A stretch of DNA of 64,000 nt. It comes from Bacteroidota bacterium (GTDB taxonomy: Bacteria; Bacteroidota; Bacteroidia; Bacteroidales; DYOH01). Positions 1 to 9,555 of this stretch are shown here, piece after piece; position 1 is the stretch's first letter, and every line of letters begins with the position of its first letter. A program made the translations under genes and the position numbers. Under the pieces are notes generated by a model that saw nothing but the letters and a program-made list of their open reading frames with translations, did no database searches and had not been told where the DNA came from. The stretch spans positions 18,026 through 82,025 of the forward strand of contig JAIFMY010000025.1 of assembly GCA_020048155.1 (NCBI GenBank), in the 5' to 3' direction.

Positions 1-687
1 CAAATTTGGCTCTGCAAAGATGGGTGAATTTATATAATTAACAAAGAATTCGTATTCACCTCCGGTAATTATAATCTTTAAATTTCTATAAATACTTTTG
101 TAATAGTCAATGTATCCGTTCACTTCAAAAATAATCCCAGCCATTACCCCGCCATTTATAGCTGAAGCAGTGCTTTTACCAGTGTATGCGAAACTAACAT
201 CGGGTTCGACCAAGGGCAATTTATGTGTAAACGTATTGAGCGCTCTGAATCTTGTGCGAATACCCGGTGAAATATTTCCCCCAAGAAAAATATTTTCAGC
301 ATTCAGGAAATCTATAGTGAGCGCCGTACCGGCATCGAGCACCAAAATATTTTCGCCCGGAAATAAAAATGCAGCTCCAGACAGGGCGGCAATTCGGTCG
401 AGCCCCAGTGTATGTGGCGTAGCATACTGTATGGTAATCGGTAATTTCAGTTGATGGCTCAGATGCACAATTCTCCAACGCTGAGGATACGCAGGAAACA
501 ATTGTTCAAAAGTTAAACTCACACTACTAAAAATAACCTGGTCTATGGGCATTGAATAGATCTCATTTCTAAGCATCTCAATTTCAGGCCAGTTTGAGTT
601 TGAAAAAATTTCTTTGTGAATGAGCTTTTCATCCGAAAAAATCGCAAACTTTACATTCGTATTCCCCACATCAATTATCAGATTCAT
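1..687 (-). CDS. coaX: type III pantothenate kinase, C-terminal end cut by window edge
   Basis: It is absent from the ORF track because the stop lies left of the window. The reverse complement of 687..1 is open and reads MNLIIDVGNTNVKFAIFSDEKLIH ... GLDRIAALSGAAF ... PGENILVLDAGTALTIDFLN ... IIITGGEYEFFVNYINSPIFAEPNL. These are the CoaX-family motifs DxGNT, DR, DxGTA and TGG. Confidence 0.8.
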   Translation of the reverse strand, partial: MNLIIDVGNTNVKFAIFSDEKLIHKEIFSNSNWPEIEMLRNEIYSMPIDQVIFSSVSLTFEQLFPAYPQRWRIVHLSHQLKLPITIQYATPHTLGLDRIAALSGAAFLFPGENILVLDAGTALTIDFLNAENIFLGGNISPGIRTRFRALNTFTHKLPLVEPDVSFAYTGKSTASAINGGVMAGIIFEVNGYIDYYKSIYRNLKIIITGGEYEFFVNYINSPIFAEPNL

Positions 688-726
688 TCCAATTGAAAAG
701 ATTTCTATTTACAGAATAAGTATTTT

Positions 727-734
727 TATTTTTG
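727..734 (+). promoter_or_regulatory. candidate Bacteroidota sigma-A -7 box (TAnnTTTG)
   Basis: Exact match TATTTTTG, 47 nt upstream of the ATG at 781, in the divergent spacer between coaX and the receiver gene. Confidence 0.45.
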
Positions 735-780
735 AAACAAAAATAGTATATTCACACATTAATTGTATTATGCACTTGCG

Positions 781-1200
781 ATGTTAGTGAAACGTATATT
801 AATAGTTGAAGATGACAAAATGATTTGTTCCATCTTCAGTATGTTTATTAAGGAATTAGGACATCAGATGGTTGGTATTTCGCCTAACGGCCAAGATGCT
901 ATCATAAAAGCAACAGAATCAAAACCTGATATTATTCTGATGGATATACATTTGCAAGGCGAAATAAACGGTATTGAAACTGCCCGAATCATCAACGATG
1001 CACTCAATATTCCGGTGATATACATTTCCAGCGATATTGAAGAAAGCACTCTAAAAGAAGCAATTCTCTCAAATACATACGGTTTTTTGGTAAAACCCAT
1101 TTACAAAACTACATTGGGCATTACCATCGAATTTGCTTATTTCAAGCATATATACGATCAGCAAAACAAAATGAATGCTGAGCCCTCTGACTCTGAGTAA
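781..1200 (+). CDS. stand-alone response regulator receiver (CheY-like)
   Basis: The track ORF 763..1200 starts at TTG, so I trimmed it to the first ATG. KRILIVEDD ... PDIILMDIHL ... PVIYISS ... GFLVKP is a receiver fold with no output domain. Confidence 0.85.
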   Translation: MLVKRILIVEDDKMICSIFSMFIKELGHQMVGISPNGQDAIIKATESKPDIILMDIHLQGEINGIETARIINDALNIPVIYISSDIEESTLKEAILSNTYGFLVKPIYKTTLGITIEFAYFKHIYDQQNKMNAEPSDSE

Positions 1201-1218
1201 ATTCAGCTATTTTAAAAA

Positions 1219-2670
1219 ATGACAACAGACCCACATTTAATCGTTTGCGAGCAATTAAATACACTTATTATTTCAGATACTTCATGGCTTGAGAAAGTAA
1301 AGGGAGTTGCTAAATACATCCAAGACATTCTTAATCCAGAATATATATACATACACCCAATCGATTCCGAAAAATATATTGCGTCCTTTCATGAGCCGCT
1401 AATTTTGCTCAAACTTGGGGTACCTCAACAAATTTCACCCCTGATAGAAAACATAGCACTTAGTGCTCCTCTGATACAAATCAAATCTTTTCAGGTTGAT
1501 AATAATACAGGTCTCATTTTTCCGATTGTATATAAAGATATTATCATAGGTTGTATAGTAGCACTGAATTGTAAAACTAACCAACCGCCCGAATGCAACT
1601 TGACCCAATTGGCTATAATACTAAATTTGATAATGCAGCTTGAACACTGCCAGAACCACGAAACTGAACTCGAAAAAATTAGTGCTGTAATATGGAATAG
1701 CATGAATGAAGCAGTATTCATTAGTAGTTTCGATGGCCGCATTATAGAAGTAAACCATGAAGCATGCAAACTGACCGAATATAGTAGAAACGAACTTACG
1801 GTTATGCTCATAACCGAACTGGAGATTAGCAATACCGAAGACGATGTACAAAAACAGCTAAACCTGGTGCAGCAGTCCGAACAACTCATATTTGGAACAG
1901 CACTCAGAACAAAATCCGGCAAAATAGTGCCGCTTACAGCCCGCAGTTTCATTACCGAATACAAAGAACAAGAAGTTTTCTTGAGTTTCATAAAAACCAA
2001 TGACCAACAACTTGCCAAAGATTCCAAAATACTGGCCACCATCATAGAAACTGAAAAAAAGGAACGCAATCGATTTGCTAAAGATCTTCACGATGGTATA
2101 GGCCCCCTTCTTTCATGCATTAAAATGTATATTGAAGACTTAGTGGACCCCGAAACAGAAACAGTTGAAAAAGAAGAAATAGCTATTACTACCATAGATA
2201 TGATAGATGATGCTATACTCAGCATAAGACGTGTCGCCGACAACCTGATGCCAACCATATTGAAAGAATACGGACTCGAGAAAGCCATAGCCTCGTTTTG
2301 CAAAAAAGTAAATCTCCCAGGAAAAACAATTTTCAATTTCACACACAATCTACACAACGAAAGATTGGCCTCCAATATAGAATTTGAGATTTACCAAATA
2401 GTGCAAGAACTGATAAATAATACGCTAAAACATGCAGGTGCAACACGCGCCGACATAGATATGCAACTAGTAAGCAATGTTTTAGAAATTCATTACTCCG
2501 ACAATGGGCGTGGTTTTGATGTTCCTCAAATACTTTCGGATACTATAGGAACCGGCATCTCAAACATCAAACAAAGGGTAGAATTGCTCAATGGTACATT
2601 CGTGCTTAGCAGCGAGCCCAACAAAGGAATAAAAATAGAAATACTATTATCAAAACTAAATATGGTTTGA
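1219..2670 (+). CDS. cytoplasmic sensor histidine kinase, GAF-like + PAS + HisKA_3 + HATPase_c (NarL-class)
   Basis: 483 aa with no TM segment. PAS-like AVFISSFDGRIIEVNHEACKLTEYS, H-box DLHDGIGPLLS, and ATPase motifs NNTLKHAGA, DNGRGF and GTGISNIKQR. Confidence 0.85.
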   Translation: MTTDPHLIVCEQLNTLIISDTSWLEKVKGVAKYIQDILNPEYIYIHPIDSEKYIASFHEPLILLKLGVPQQISPLIENIALSAPLIQIKSFQVDNNTGLIFPIVYKDIIIGCIVALNCKTNQPPECNLTQLAIILNLIMQLEHCQNHETELEKISAVIWNSMNEAVFISSFDGRIIEVNHEACKLTEYSRNELTVMLITELEISNTEDDVQKQLNLVQQSEQLIFGTALRTKSGKIVPLTARSFITEYKEQEVFLSFIKTNDQQLAKDSKILATIIETEKKERNRFAKDLHDGIGPLLSCIKMYIEDLVDPETETVEKEEIAITTIDMIDDAILSIRRVADNLMPTILKEYGLEKAIASFCKKVNLPGKTIFNFTHNLHNERLASNIEFEIYQIVQELINNTLKHAGATRADIDMQLVSNVLEIHYSDNGRGFDVPQILSDTIGTGISNIKQRVELLNGTFVLSSEPNKGIKIEILLSKLNMV

Positions 2671-2671
2671 T

Positions 2672-3334
2672 ATGAATAATGCACCAACAACCAACTTAAT
2701 TAAAATTTTTATCGTAGACGACCATGAGATTTTTCGAGCAGGTCTTATACGAATACTTAATAAAATTAAGAACGTAAAAGTAATAGAAGAAGCTGCTAAC
2801 GGACTTGAATTTCTGGAAAAGCTAGAAAACACAGAGCCCGATATTGTGCTCATGGATATTGAAATGCCAGTAATGAATGGCATAGAAGCTACCAAAGCAG
2901 CTCTATTGAGAAGACCTAAGCTTATAGTGGCAGCCCTCACAATGTTTACCGACGATAATTATATACAGAGCATGCTCGATGCCGGTGCCAAAGGCTATCT
3001 GCTCAAAAATATAAGCCGCGATGACATGAACAACGCCATTCAGACATTGCAAAGTGGCAAAAATTATTTCTCGGATGCCATATGGGGCTACTTCTCAAAA
3101 AAAGTAGTCGAGAAAAAACAACATGAAAGCTCAAAATTACTACTCACACGCCGCCAAAAAGAGATTCTTCAGCTTATATGCGAAGGCTTTGATAACAAAG
3201 CCATAGCCGAAAAATTGTTTATAAGCGAGCGAACAGTAATAGGACACAAATCAAACTTAATGGCACTTACCAACTGTAAAAGTACCGCAAGCATGATTAC
3301 CTATGCTATTAAAAATAAGCTTGTTGGCATATAA
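2672..3334 (+). CDS. NarL/LuxR-family DNA-binding response regulator
   Basis: REC (IFIVDDHEIF ... PDIVLMDIEMP) plus a LuxR HTH (LTRRQKEILQLICEGFDNKAIAEKLFISERTVIGHKSNL). The ATG lies 2 nt after the kinase stop. Confidence 0.9.
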   Translation: MNNAPTTNLIKIFIVDDHEIFRAGLIRILNKIKNVKVIEEAANGLEFLEKLENTEPDIVLMDIEMPVMNGIEATKAALLRRPKLIVAALTMFTDDNYIQSMLDAGAKGYLLKNISRDDMNNAIQTLQSGKNYFSDAIWGYFSKKVVEKKQHESSKLLLTRRQKEILQLICEGFDNKAIAEKLFISERTVIGHKSNLMALTNCKSTASMITYAIKNKLVGI

Positions 3335-3443
3335 TCAGGCGCTATTCCAGGCGCAAAACCAGTAATTTTTTACATGTTCATATAAGAAATAATACCCTGA
3401 GAAAACAGTAATTCACCGCCTTTTTCTTGCCAATAAGTAGCTA

Positions 3444-3451
3444 TATATTTG
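3444..3451 (+). promoter_or_regulatory. candidate -7 box (TAnnTTTG)
   Basis: Exact match TATATTTG, 42 nt upstream of the ATG at 3493. Confidence 0.45.
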
Positions 3452-3492
3452 TAATGTAAAACATACGTACTTTCATAAACAAAAGAACGCAG

Positions 3493-3879
3493 ATGAAACA
3501 GGATAGAATTTTAGTAGTTGACGATTATCCTGCAAATGTTTTACTACTTAGTAAGATACTTCAGAAAAACGGTTTTGAAGTAGTATCTACAACGAAAAGT
3601 AATGAAGTTCTGGATATGGTTGGCAATAACAACCCAGGTCTTATTTTGCTTGATATCATGATGCCTACTACCGATGGAATTGAGCTTTTGCAAATGCTTA
3701 AAAACTCTGCAAAATACAAACACATACCGGTAATCATTGTATCTGCAAAAACCGACAATGGAGTCATTGAAAAAGCTCAGGAACTTGGTGCAGTGGAATA
3801 TATAAAAAAACCCATCAGCATCGTGCAGCTTCTGAAAACTGTAAACCAGACGTTGAAGGTACAAAATGTATTGAATTAG
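3493..3879 (+). CDS. stand-alone response regulator receiver
   Basis: 128 aa. RILVVDDYPANV ... PGLILLDIMMP ... PVIIVSAK ... EYIKKP, with no output domain. Confidence 0.85.
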   Translation: MKQDRILVVDDYPANVLLLSKILQKNGFEVVSTTKSNEVLDMVGNNNPGLILLDIMMPTTDGIELLQMLKNSAKYKHIPVIIVSAKTDNGVIEKAQELGAVEYIKKPISIVQLLKTVNQTLKVQNVLN

Positions 3880-3932
3880 TGAAGTTTATAAAGGTTGGTT
3901 AATAGTGTTAAGTTAAGTTTTAGGTTAAAATT

Positions 3933-4157
3933 AGACGAAGACATAAAAACACTACTGATAGCGTTGATACCCGGTGAAGAACCAAAATGCTGCACTCGCG
4001 CCTTAGGGCTGCAATTTTGTGTGGTTTTGTTTAAGCCACATATTTAGGGTTATTAATGTTTTTTCATGATTAATAGGTTGACTCAGCAAACATTTTGGGA
4101 ATATATAATTTTTAAAATGCAGTTTTTGTGTTAATGCGTTAGTAGTGTTCTACGTCT
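3933..4157. other. long-range imperfect inverted repeat enclosing ~160 nt (structured RNA or MITE-like element)
   Basis: Three paired blocks: AGACG 3933-3937 with CGTCT 4153-4157; AACACTACT 3948-3956 with AGTAGTGTT 4141-4149 (9 bp perfect); and GCGTTGATAC 3961-3970 with GTGTTAATGC 4128-4137 (10 bp if 3 G-U pairs are allowed in plus sense). The surrounding 484 nt has no ORF of 60 aa or more. Confidence 0.3.
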
Positions 4158-4178
4158 AAGTATATTAACCAATCAGAA

Positions 4179-4186
4179 CAAAAATA
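4179..4186 (-). promoter_or_regulatory. orphan candidate -7 box on minus strand
   Basis: CAAAAATA on plus equals TATTTTTG on minus. It points leftward into the inverted-repeat element and has no ORF downstream. It could be a chance hit in AT-rich DNA. Confidence 0.2.
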
Positions 4187-4297
4187 TAATATTCAGATAA
4201 AGATAGAAATCAATATTTTCATAAGTTTTGATTCTAAGTTTTATAATAAGATTTTGGTTTTTAAGTTGGTAAATTGGTGTTAAATTTGGGAAATAAT

Positions 4298-4331
4298 AAC
4301 CCGGGCAGATTGTCCGGGTTTTCCTGTTTTT
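4298..4331. terminator. Rho-independent terminator hairpin, usable on both strands (mfd side and upstream + side)
   Basis: AACCCGG 4298-4304 pairs with CCGGGTT 4314-4320. It is followed by TTCCTGTTTTT on plus and TTATTATTT on minus, and lies 43 nt past the mfd stop. Confidence 0.6.
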
Positions 4332-4363
4332 AGCCCCTGTGTGTTTGATATCAAATACTTAAA

Positions 4364-7300
4364 TCAAATCTTGCTGATCTTTTCCAATTGCTCGTATGCC
4401 TGCTTCACACTTGTAATTTTATCGATGGTGAGTGTGAGCCTACTCGACAAATCTTTCATCTGGCAACGTTTTGGATTTTGCTGTACATAGCCTATCACTT
4501 TCCCGAAAGTAGGAGAATCGTAAAAGATTGAATTTTGCTTTTCAGTAAAATATGCTATCATTTTATCACGTTTCAGCACTATTTTATCTATGGCCAGCCT
4601 TAAGGCAATACGCCTAAGTCTTACAATATTGAAAAGTTCGTACACACTTTTGGGTAGTTTGCCAAATCTGTCGGTCAGATTTGCTTCAAACTGTGCAATC
4701 TCTGCTTCGTCAGACATGGAGTCGAGTTCGCGGTAAATCTGCAATCTTTCAGCTATATTTTCAATATAATCGTCTGGGATGAGTACTTCCAGATCAGTGT
4801 CAATTACGCAATCACTCACAAAATGAAAATCTTCAGGCAATTGGGTTTCCTCGGCTGGCTTTGTCTCCTTACTTTCCGGGTGGCTGTGAACATTTCTCCA
4901 AGCTTCGTTAAACTCATCTTCCCTCAATTCGAGCAATGCTTCATCAAGTATACGCTTGTAGGTTTCAAAACCTATTTCAGCAATAAATCCGCTTTGCTCT
5001 GCGCCCAGCATATTGCCTGCTCCGCGTATATCCAAATCCTGCAAAGAAATCTGAAACCCACTTCCCAACTCGGTAAAATATGAAATGGCTTGTAAACGCT
5101 TACGCGCATCTTGGGTGAGCACAGCAGGAGGTGGCGCAAGCAAATAGCAAAACGCCTTTTTGTTGGAACGCCCCACCCTTCCGCGCAACTGATGTAAATC
5201 GGATAAGCCAAAATGGTGTGCATCGTTGATTATGATGGTGTTGGCGTTTGGTATATCGAGTCCGTTTTCTATGATGGAAGTAGCTATAAGCACATCGTAT
5301 TTTTCGTTGATAAAATCCATTACTACGTCTTCCATATCGTTGCCATTCATCTGGCCATGAGCCACCACGGTTTTTATTCCCGGTACTACTTTGTTTATTT
5401 GCTGCTCTATATCAAAAATATTGGCAATACGGTTGTGTATGAAAAAAACTTGCCCACCACGGTTCAATTCATATTTTATAGCTTCACTTATGATATCGCT
5501 ATTAAATGTATGCAACTCGGTGATAATGGGATACCTATTAGGAGGTGGAGTATTTATAATAGATAAATCACGTGCCCCCATGAGTGAGAACTGAAGTGTA
5601 CGTGGTATAGGTGTAGCTGTAAGAGTGAGTGTATCTACATTCAATTTCAGTGCTTTTAATTTTTCTTTTACTCCTACGCCAAATTTTTGCTCCTCATCTA
5701 CTATAAGCAGCCCCAAATCCTTAAACACCACGTCTTTACTTATGATACGGTGCGTACCTATAATTATATCCATTTTCCCCGATTCAAGCCTGCTGAGTGT
5801 ATCTTTCAGGTTTGCACCCTTTTTGTTGCGGCTCAGATACTCAATGTTCAGCGAAAACTGCTTGAGACGTTCAGTAAATGTACGGTGGTGCTGAAATGCC
5901 AAAATAGTGGTAGGAACAAGCACTGCTACCTGTTTCCCATCGGTTACTGCCTTAAAGGCGGCTCTTATGGCTACTTCGGTTTTTCCGAAACCTACATCGC
6001 CACACACGAGCCTATCCATAGGAATATCAGACTCCATATCCAATTTTACGGCAAGGGTAGCTTTATATTGGTCCGGAGTATCTTCATACAAAAAACTAGA
6101 TTCGAGTGCATGCTGTAAATAAGTATCTTTGCTAAAGGCAAACCCTTTCTGTATATGGCGTTGGGCGTATAGGGCTATCAGTTCGCGGGCTATGTCTTTT
6201 ACTTTGGATTTGGTAGACTGCTTTAGTTTCTGCCAGGTACCCGAGCCAAGTTTGTGAATTCTGGGAGGTTCAGCATCTTTGCCCTTAAATTTGGAAATAC
6301 GATGCAGGGAGTGAATATTTACAAAAAGTGTGTCGTTGTCTTGAAAAACCAGTTTTATGGCTTCCTGTATTTTTCCATTCACTTCTATTTTTTCTAATCC
6401 ACCAAACCGGGCTATGCCATGATCTATATGTACTACAAAATCGCCGGGCTGCAGTGTGGTTAGCTCTTTCATAGTGAGCGCATTACGCCCTTCCTGCGAG
6501 TTATTAGGCTTTAGTTTGTATCCGTGGTATCGCTCAAATATCTGATGGTCGGTGTAGCAACACAGTTGTATATCCTCGTCAATGAAACCATTGTGCAACA
6601 CCAACGATGCAAAATCGTACACCTCATCAGAAATTCTTTTTTCCCTGAAAATGGCATTCAATCGCTCAATTTGCCTATTATTGTCGCTCAGAATTACATT
6701 TTTGTAGCCCTTCTGATGTTTCAAAGCAAGATCCTGCAGCAGCAATTCGAAATTTTTATTAAATACTTTTTGTGGTTTGGTATTGAATCTGAATACGGTA
6801 GAAGTAGCTGCAGAAGGATTAGATTGCCCAATTTCGAGTACCTTAAAATGACTCAGCTGCTCCCTCAGAAGCTCGCCATGCTCGAAATTGGATAAAAACT
6901 CAGCACTGGTCTGTGTTTCGGTTTCGGTAAAAAGACCAATGAAATATTCAACTGTAAACTTTAGATTACGGGCTAAAATGACTATCTGCGGAGGGATGAA
7001 TTGTAAAAGTGAAATGAGATTCAGTTCAGACTGGCGTTGTTGTAAGTTTGGGATGATAGAAAACTCATCAACAACCTGCAGACTGAGTTGCGAAACGGTA
7101 TCGAAAGTACGAATAGACTCCACTTCGGATCCAAAAAAGTCAACCCGAACAGGATAATCAGAAGCAAAGGAAAATACATCTACAATACCGCCGCGCACAG
7201 CATATTGGCCTGCTTCATATACAAAAGCAACGCGTTGAAAATCATATTCTGTGAGCACATCAACCAAGAAGTCTACAGTAATTTTTTCGCCTCTTTTCAG

Positions 7301-7744
7301 ATGGAGTGTATTGGCAGCCAAATTTTCGGTACTTACCACTTTTTCAGCTAAACCCGATGGATAAGTAACTACTATGAAAGGTGTACTTTTGTGTCTGAAA
7401 GCATTGAGCACCTCAGTACGCATGATGATGGATGCATTGTCGGTGGGGTTGGTTATAATGCCTCGAGTGATGTCGCGCTTGTAAGATGATGGCAGAAAAA
7501 GCACTTCATTTTCGCCGAGCAGATTTACTAAATCGTTGTACAAAAATCCGGCTTCATCTCTTTCTGGTAACACTATGAGCATGCTTTTCCCTGATTTCCT
7601 GAAAACACCGGCTATCATGAGTGCATCCGACGAACCATTCATGCCCATGGCGTATGCCTTGTTTATTGCGGTTTGCATCCATTCAGAGATTGAATGCACA
7701 ACCGGATGCGATTCGTAAAAAGCTAAAAGTTGTGGTATATTCAC
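4364..7744 (-). CDS. mfd: transcription-repair coupling factor
   Basis: 1126 aa. SF2 helicase motifs GDVGFGKTEVA, DEEQKFGV and TATPIPRTL, a CarD-like RNAP-interaction region, and a TRCF C-terminal domain. Confidence 0.95.
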   Translation of the reverse strand: MNIPQLLAFYESHPVVHSISEWMQTAINKAYAMGMNGSSDALMIAGVFRKSGKSMLIVLPERDEAGFLYNDLVNLLGENEVLFLPSSYKRDITRGIITNPTDNASIIMRTEVLNAFRHKSTPFIVVTYPSGLAEKVVSTENLAANTLHLKRGEKITVDFLVDVLTEYDFQRVAFVYEAGQYAVRGGIVDVFSFASDYPVRVDFFGSEVESIRTFDTVSQLSLQVVDEFSIIPNLQQRQSELNLISLLQFIPPQIVILARNLKFTVEYFIGLFTETETQTSAEFLSNFEHGELLREQLSHFKVLEIGQSNPSAATSTVFRFNTKPQKVFNKNFELLLQDLALKHQKGYKNVILSDNNRQIERLNAIFREKRISDEVYDFASLVLHNGFIDEDIQLCCYTDHQIFERYHGYKLKPNNSQEGRNALTMKELTTLQPGDFVVHIDHGIARFGGLEKIEVNGKIQEAIKLVFQDNDTLFVNIHSLHRISKFKGKDAEPPRIHKLGSGTWQKLKQSTKSKVKDIARELIALYAQRHIQKGFAFSKDTYLQHALESSFLYEDTPDQYKATLAVKLDMESDIPMDRLVCGDVGFGKTEVAIRAAFKAVTDGKQVAVLVPTTILAFQHHRTFTERLKQFSLNIEYLSRNKKGANLKDTLSRLESGKMDIIIGTHRIISKDVVFKDLGLLIVDEEQKFGVGVKEKLKALKLNVDTLTLTATPIPRTLQFSLMGARDLSIINTPPPNRYPIITELHTFNSDIISEAIKYELNRGGQVFFIHNRIANIFDIEQQINKVVPGIKTVVAHGQMNGNDMEDVVMDFINEKYDVLIATSIIENGLDIPNANTIIINDAHHFGLSDLHQLRGRVGRSNKKAFCYLLAPPPAVLTQDARKRLQAISYFTELGSGFQISLQDLDIRGAGNMLGAEQSGFIAEIGFETYKRILDEALLELREDEFNEAWRNVHSHPESKETKPAEETQLPEDFHFVSDCVIDTDLEVLIPDDYIENIAERLQIYRELDSMSDEAEIAQFEANLTDRFGKLPKSVYELFNIVRLRRIALRLAIDKIVLKRDKMIAYFTEKQNSIFYDSPTFGKVIGYVQQNPKRCQMKDLSSRLTLTIDKITSVKQAYEQLEKISKI

Positions 7745-7771
7745 TATTTGCGACCTAATTTAACTAAACTA

Positions 7772-8218
7772 TCAGACATGGAATAAATTGGGTTTGTTGT
7801 GCCAAAATTCTTGCAATTGGGCAGGCGCCGAAGCAGTTTTACGGGTTTTATAGTCGAAGAAAACCATACCGGTTTTTATTCGGGCAAGTTCTGCATTGTT
7901 TTCTTTATTTACCAGAAGATAAAACAGGTCGAAGCCTCTACTGAAGAAATCTCCGGCTTGAATGTAAATTTTTATAGTCATCCCATAAAAAAGTTCAGCT
8001 TTGTACTGTACTATTGCATCGGCCATGATGAGACCCGGCCCCATGCAATTTCCTTCATCAAAACCGTAAGAAGCTAAAAACTGCATGCGAGCTTCATGTG
8101 CATAAGACAGAATAGTGTCGTTGCCCACGTGCTCACCGTAATTGAGGTCCGTAACCCTTACCCGCATTTCGCAAGCAAAAATATACTTATCAGGCATTTC
8201 TAATTTTACCCTGGCCAT
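7772..8218 (-). CDS. hotdog-fold acyl-CoA thioesterase (4HBT/YbgC-like)
   Basis: 148 aa. VRVTDLNYGEHVGNDTILSYAHEARMQFL and the size are typical of 4HBT-type thioesterases. Confidence 0.7.
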   Translation of the reverse strand: MARVKLEMPDKYIFACEMRVRVTDLNYGEHVGNDTILSYAHEARMQFLASYGFDEGNCMGPGLIMADAIVQYKAELFYGMTIKIYIQAGDFFSRGFDLFYLLVNKENNAELARIKTGMVFFDYKTRKTASAPAQLQEFWHNKPNLFHV

Positions 8219-8243
8219 GAATTGTGTTTAAAATTGTATCAGT

Positions 8244-8251
8244 CAAAGGTA
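8244..8251 (-). promoter_or_regulatory. candidate -7 box (TAnnTTTG on minus)
   Basis: CAAAGGTA on plus equals TACCTTTG on minus, 26 nt upstream of the thioesterase ATG at 8218. Confidence 0.4.
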
Positions 8252-8305
8252 AACCTGAGATACAAAGCAGCCAAAAGAATTGCGAACTTTTTGTTGTATA
8301 AAAAA

Positions 8306-9502
8306 CTACTCTTTTGGAGGCTCAAAACCATCGTCGCCGTAATCCTCTTTTTTGCCATACATTTTTTCCCAGTTCACATCTACCCATTTGTTCATTTCAT
8401 AGCCTATATTCAGGGCCACAGCTTTGAGGGCTTCAATATTTATCTGGTCGAAATGTACAGTCACCTGCCCTTTGGGATTTATGGGAATCAATCTGATTTT
8501 CATTTGCCCGGTAGTATCGTCTATATACTTAGACTCTATGGTATTGAGTGTATCAATATATTTCTTATTGTATGAGGTCACAGTCTTCTTCTGAATGATA
8601 TTCTGGAAATTTCGATCGTTGCGCAGGTCATAGCCTGTAAGTTTTCTGAAATCTACAATACGTGAGGCATAAAGCTTTTTCATTTGGTTTATCACTTCCT
8701 CGCGCACATAGGGTTTATTGATGTTCTTCTGAAAGTATGGCATCATATACATAAGTCGGGTAAGGTCAGCAAGGTACACAAATGGGTCGATGCCAACTTT
8801 TTTAAGCGAATCGGTGCCATATGTTCCATAGTTTGATATTGAATCATATATTTCGGAATAATTCATGGGCATAGCTATTTCCCTCAGGTATTCGGCGCTA
8901 TCTGTGCCAAGTGTATCTATGTCTTGTTTTACAAATGGTCTGAGAGGCAGTGTACGGATGTCTTCCCAGGTGAGGTTGTTGGATGTAAACGAAGCCATTA
9001 CTTCCATTTCTTTCTTCCCATGCATATCAAGTACATCAAATTGCATAGAACGGCTTAAGTCATAGATGTCGATTATTTTTTCCATGTCTTCATACATCAA
9101 TTGGTTGGCCAATGCGTTCATCTCGTAATCATCGCCAATGCGTTGAGAAGTAAAAATGAGGAAACTATCGCCAAATTCGTAATTGGTGTAGTAATTTTCT
9201 TTATAATCGGGTATTCGCGTATTCCATATTCTCACGGTATCAATCATTTCATACCTATTGAAATTTTTTTCGCTTATTATCAATGTTTTAGTTACGGTTA
9301 CACCAGTATGTTTATCCGTGTATTTTTCCTGATCGCCAATATAAATTCTTTCATTCTTCTCGCCGTCCTTTTGAGTTTTTATGGCTTTATAGAGTTTCTG
9401 AGCATGCAAAGGTATGTTGGTACACATGAATACTAAGAAAAGGAAAGAGGCAGTTGTATACACTGCTTCTTTCCTGCCTAAAAATTTGTATTGGTATAGC
9501 AT
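8306..9502 (-). CDS. hypothetical exported protein
   Basis: I trimmed the track ORF 8306..9532 to the second Met. That start gives a signal-peptide-like N-terminus, MLYQYKFLGRKEAVYTTASFLFLVFMCTNIPLHA-Q. I recognise no domain. Confidence 0.6.
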   Translation of the reverse strand: MLYQYKFLGRKEAVYTTASFLFLVFMCTNIPLHAQKLYKAIKTQKDGEKNERIYIGDQEKYTDKHTGVTVTKTLIISEKNFNRYEMIDTVRIWNTRIPDYKENYYTNYEFGDSFLIFTSQRIGDDYEMNALANQLMYEDMEKIIDIYDLSRSMQFDVLDMHGKKEMEVMASFTSNNLTWEDIRTLPLRPFVKQDIDTLGTDSAEYLREIAMPMNYSEIYDSISNYGTYGTDSLKKVGIDPFVYLADLTRLMYMMPYFQKNINKPYVREEVINQMKKLYASRIVDFRKLTGYDLRNDRNFQNIIQKKTVTSYNKKYIDTLNTIESKYIDDTTGQMKIRLIPINPKGQVTVHFDQINIEALKAVALNIGYEMNKWVDVNWEKMYGKKEDYGDDGFEPPKE

Positions 9503-9555
9503 TTTAAAGATTCTTTCGGGATTTGGTAGCATGAAAACAATAAGCAGGCCAATTT

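Noticed and set aside
110-478. Track ORFs 110..454 (+) and 296..478 (-).
   Set aside because: Both lie inside the well-supported minus-strand coaX reading frame (1..687) and have no recognisable motifs. They are antisense or out-of-frame artefacts.
7772-8218. The hotdog thioesterase as the missing DHNA-CoA thioesterase (MenI) of the menaquinone pathway.
   Set aside because: It lies 38 kb from the men genes in an unrelated operon context next to mfd. Fold-level similarity alone cannot assign the substrate.
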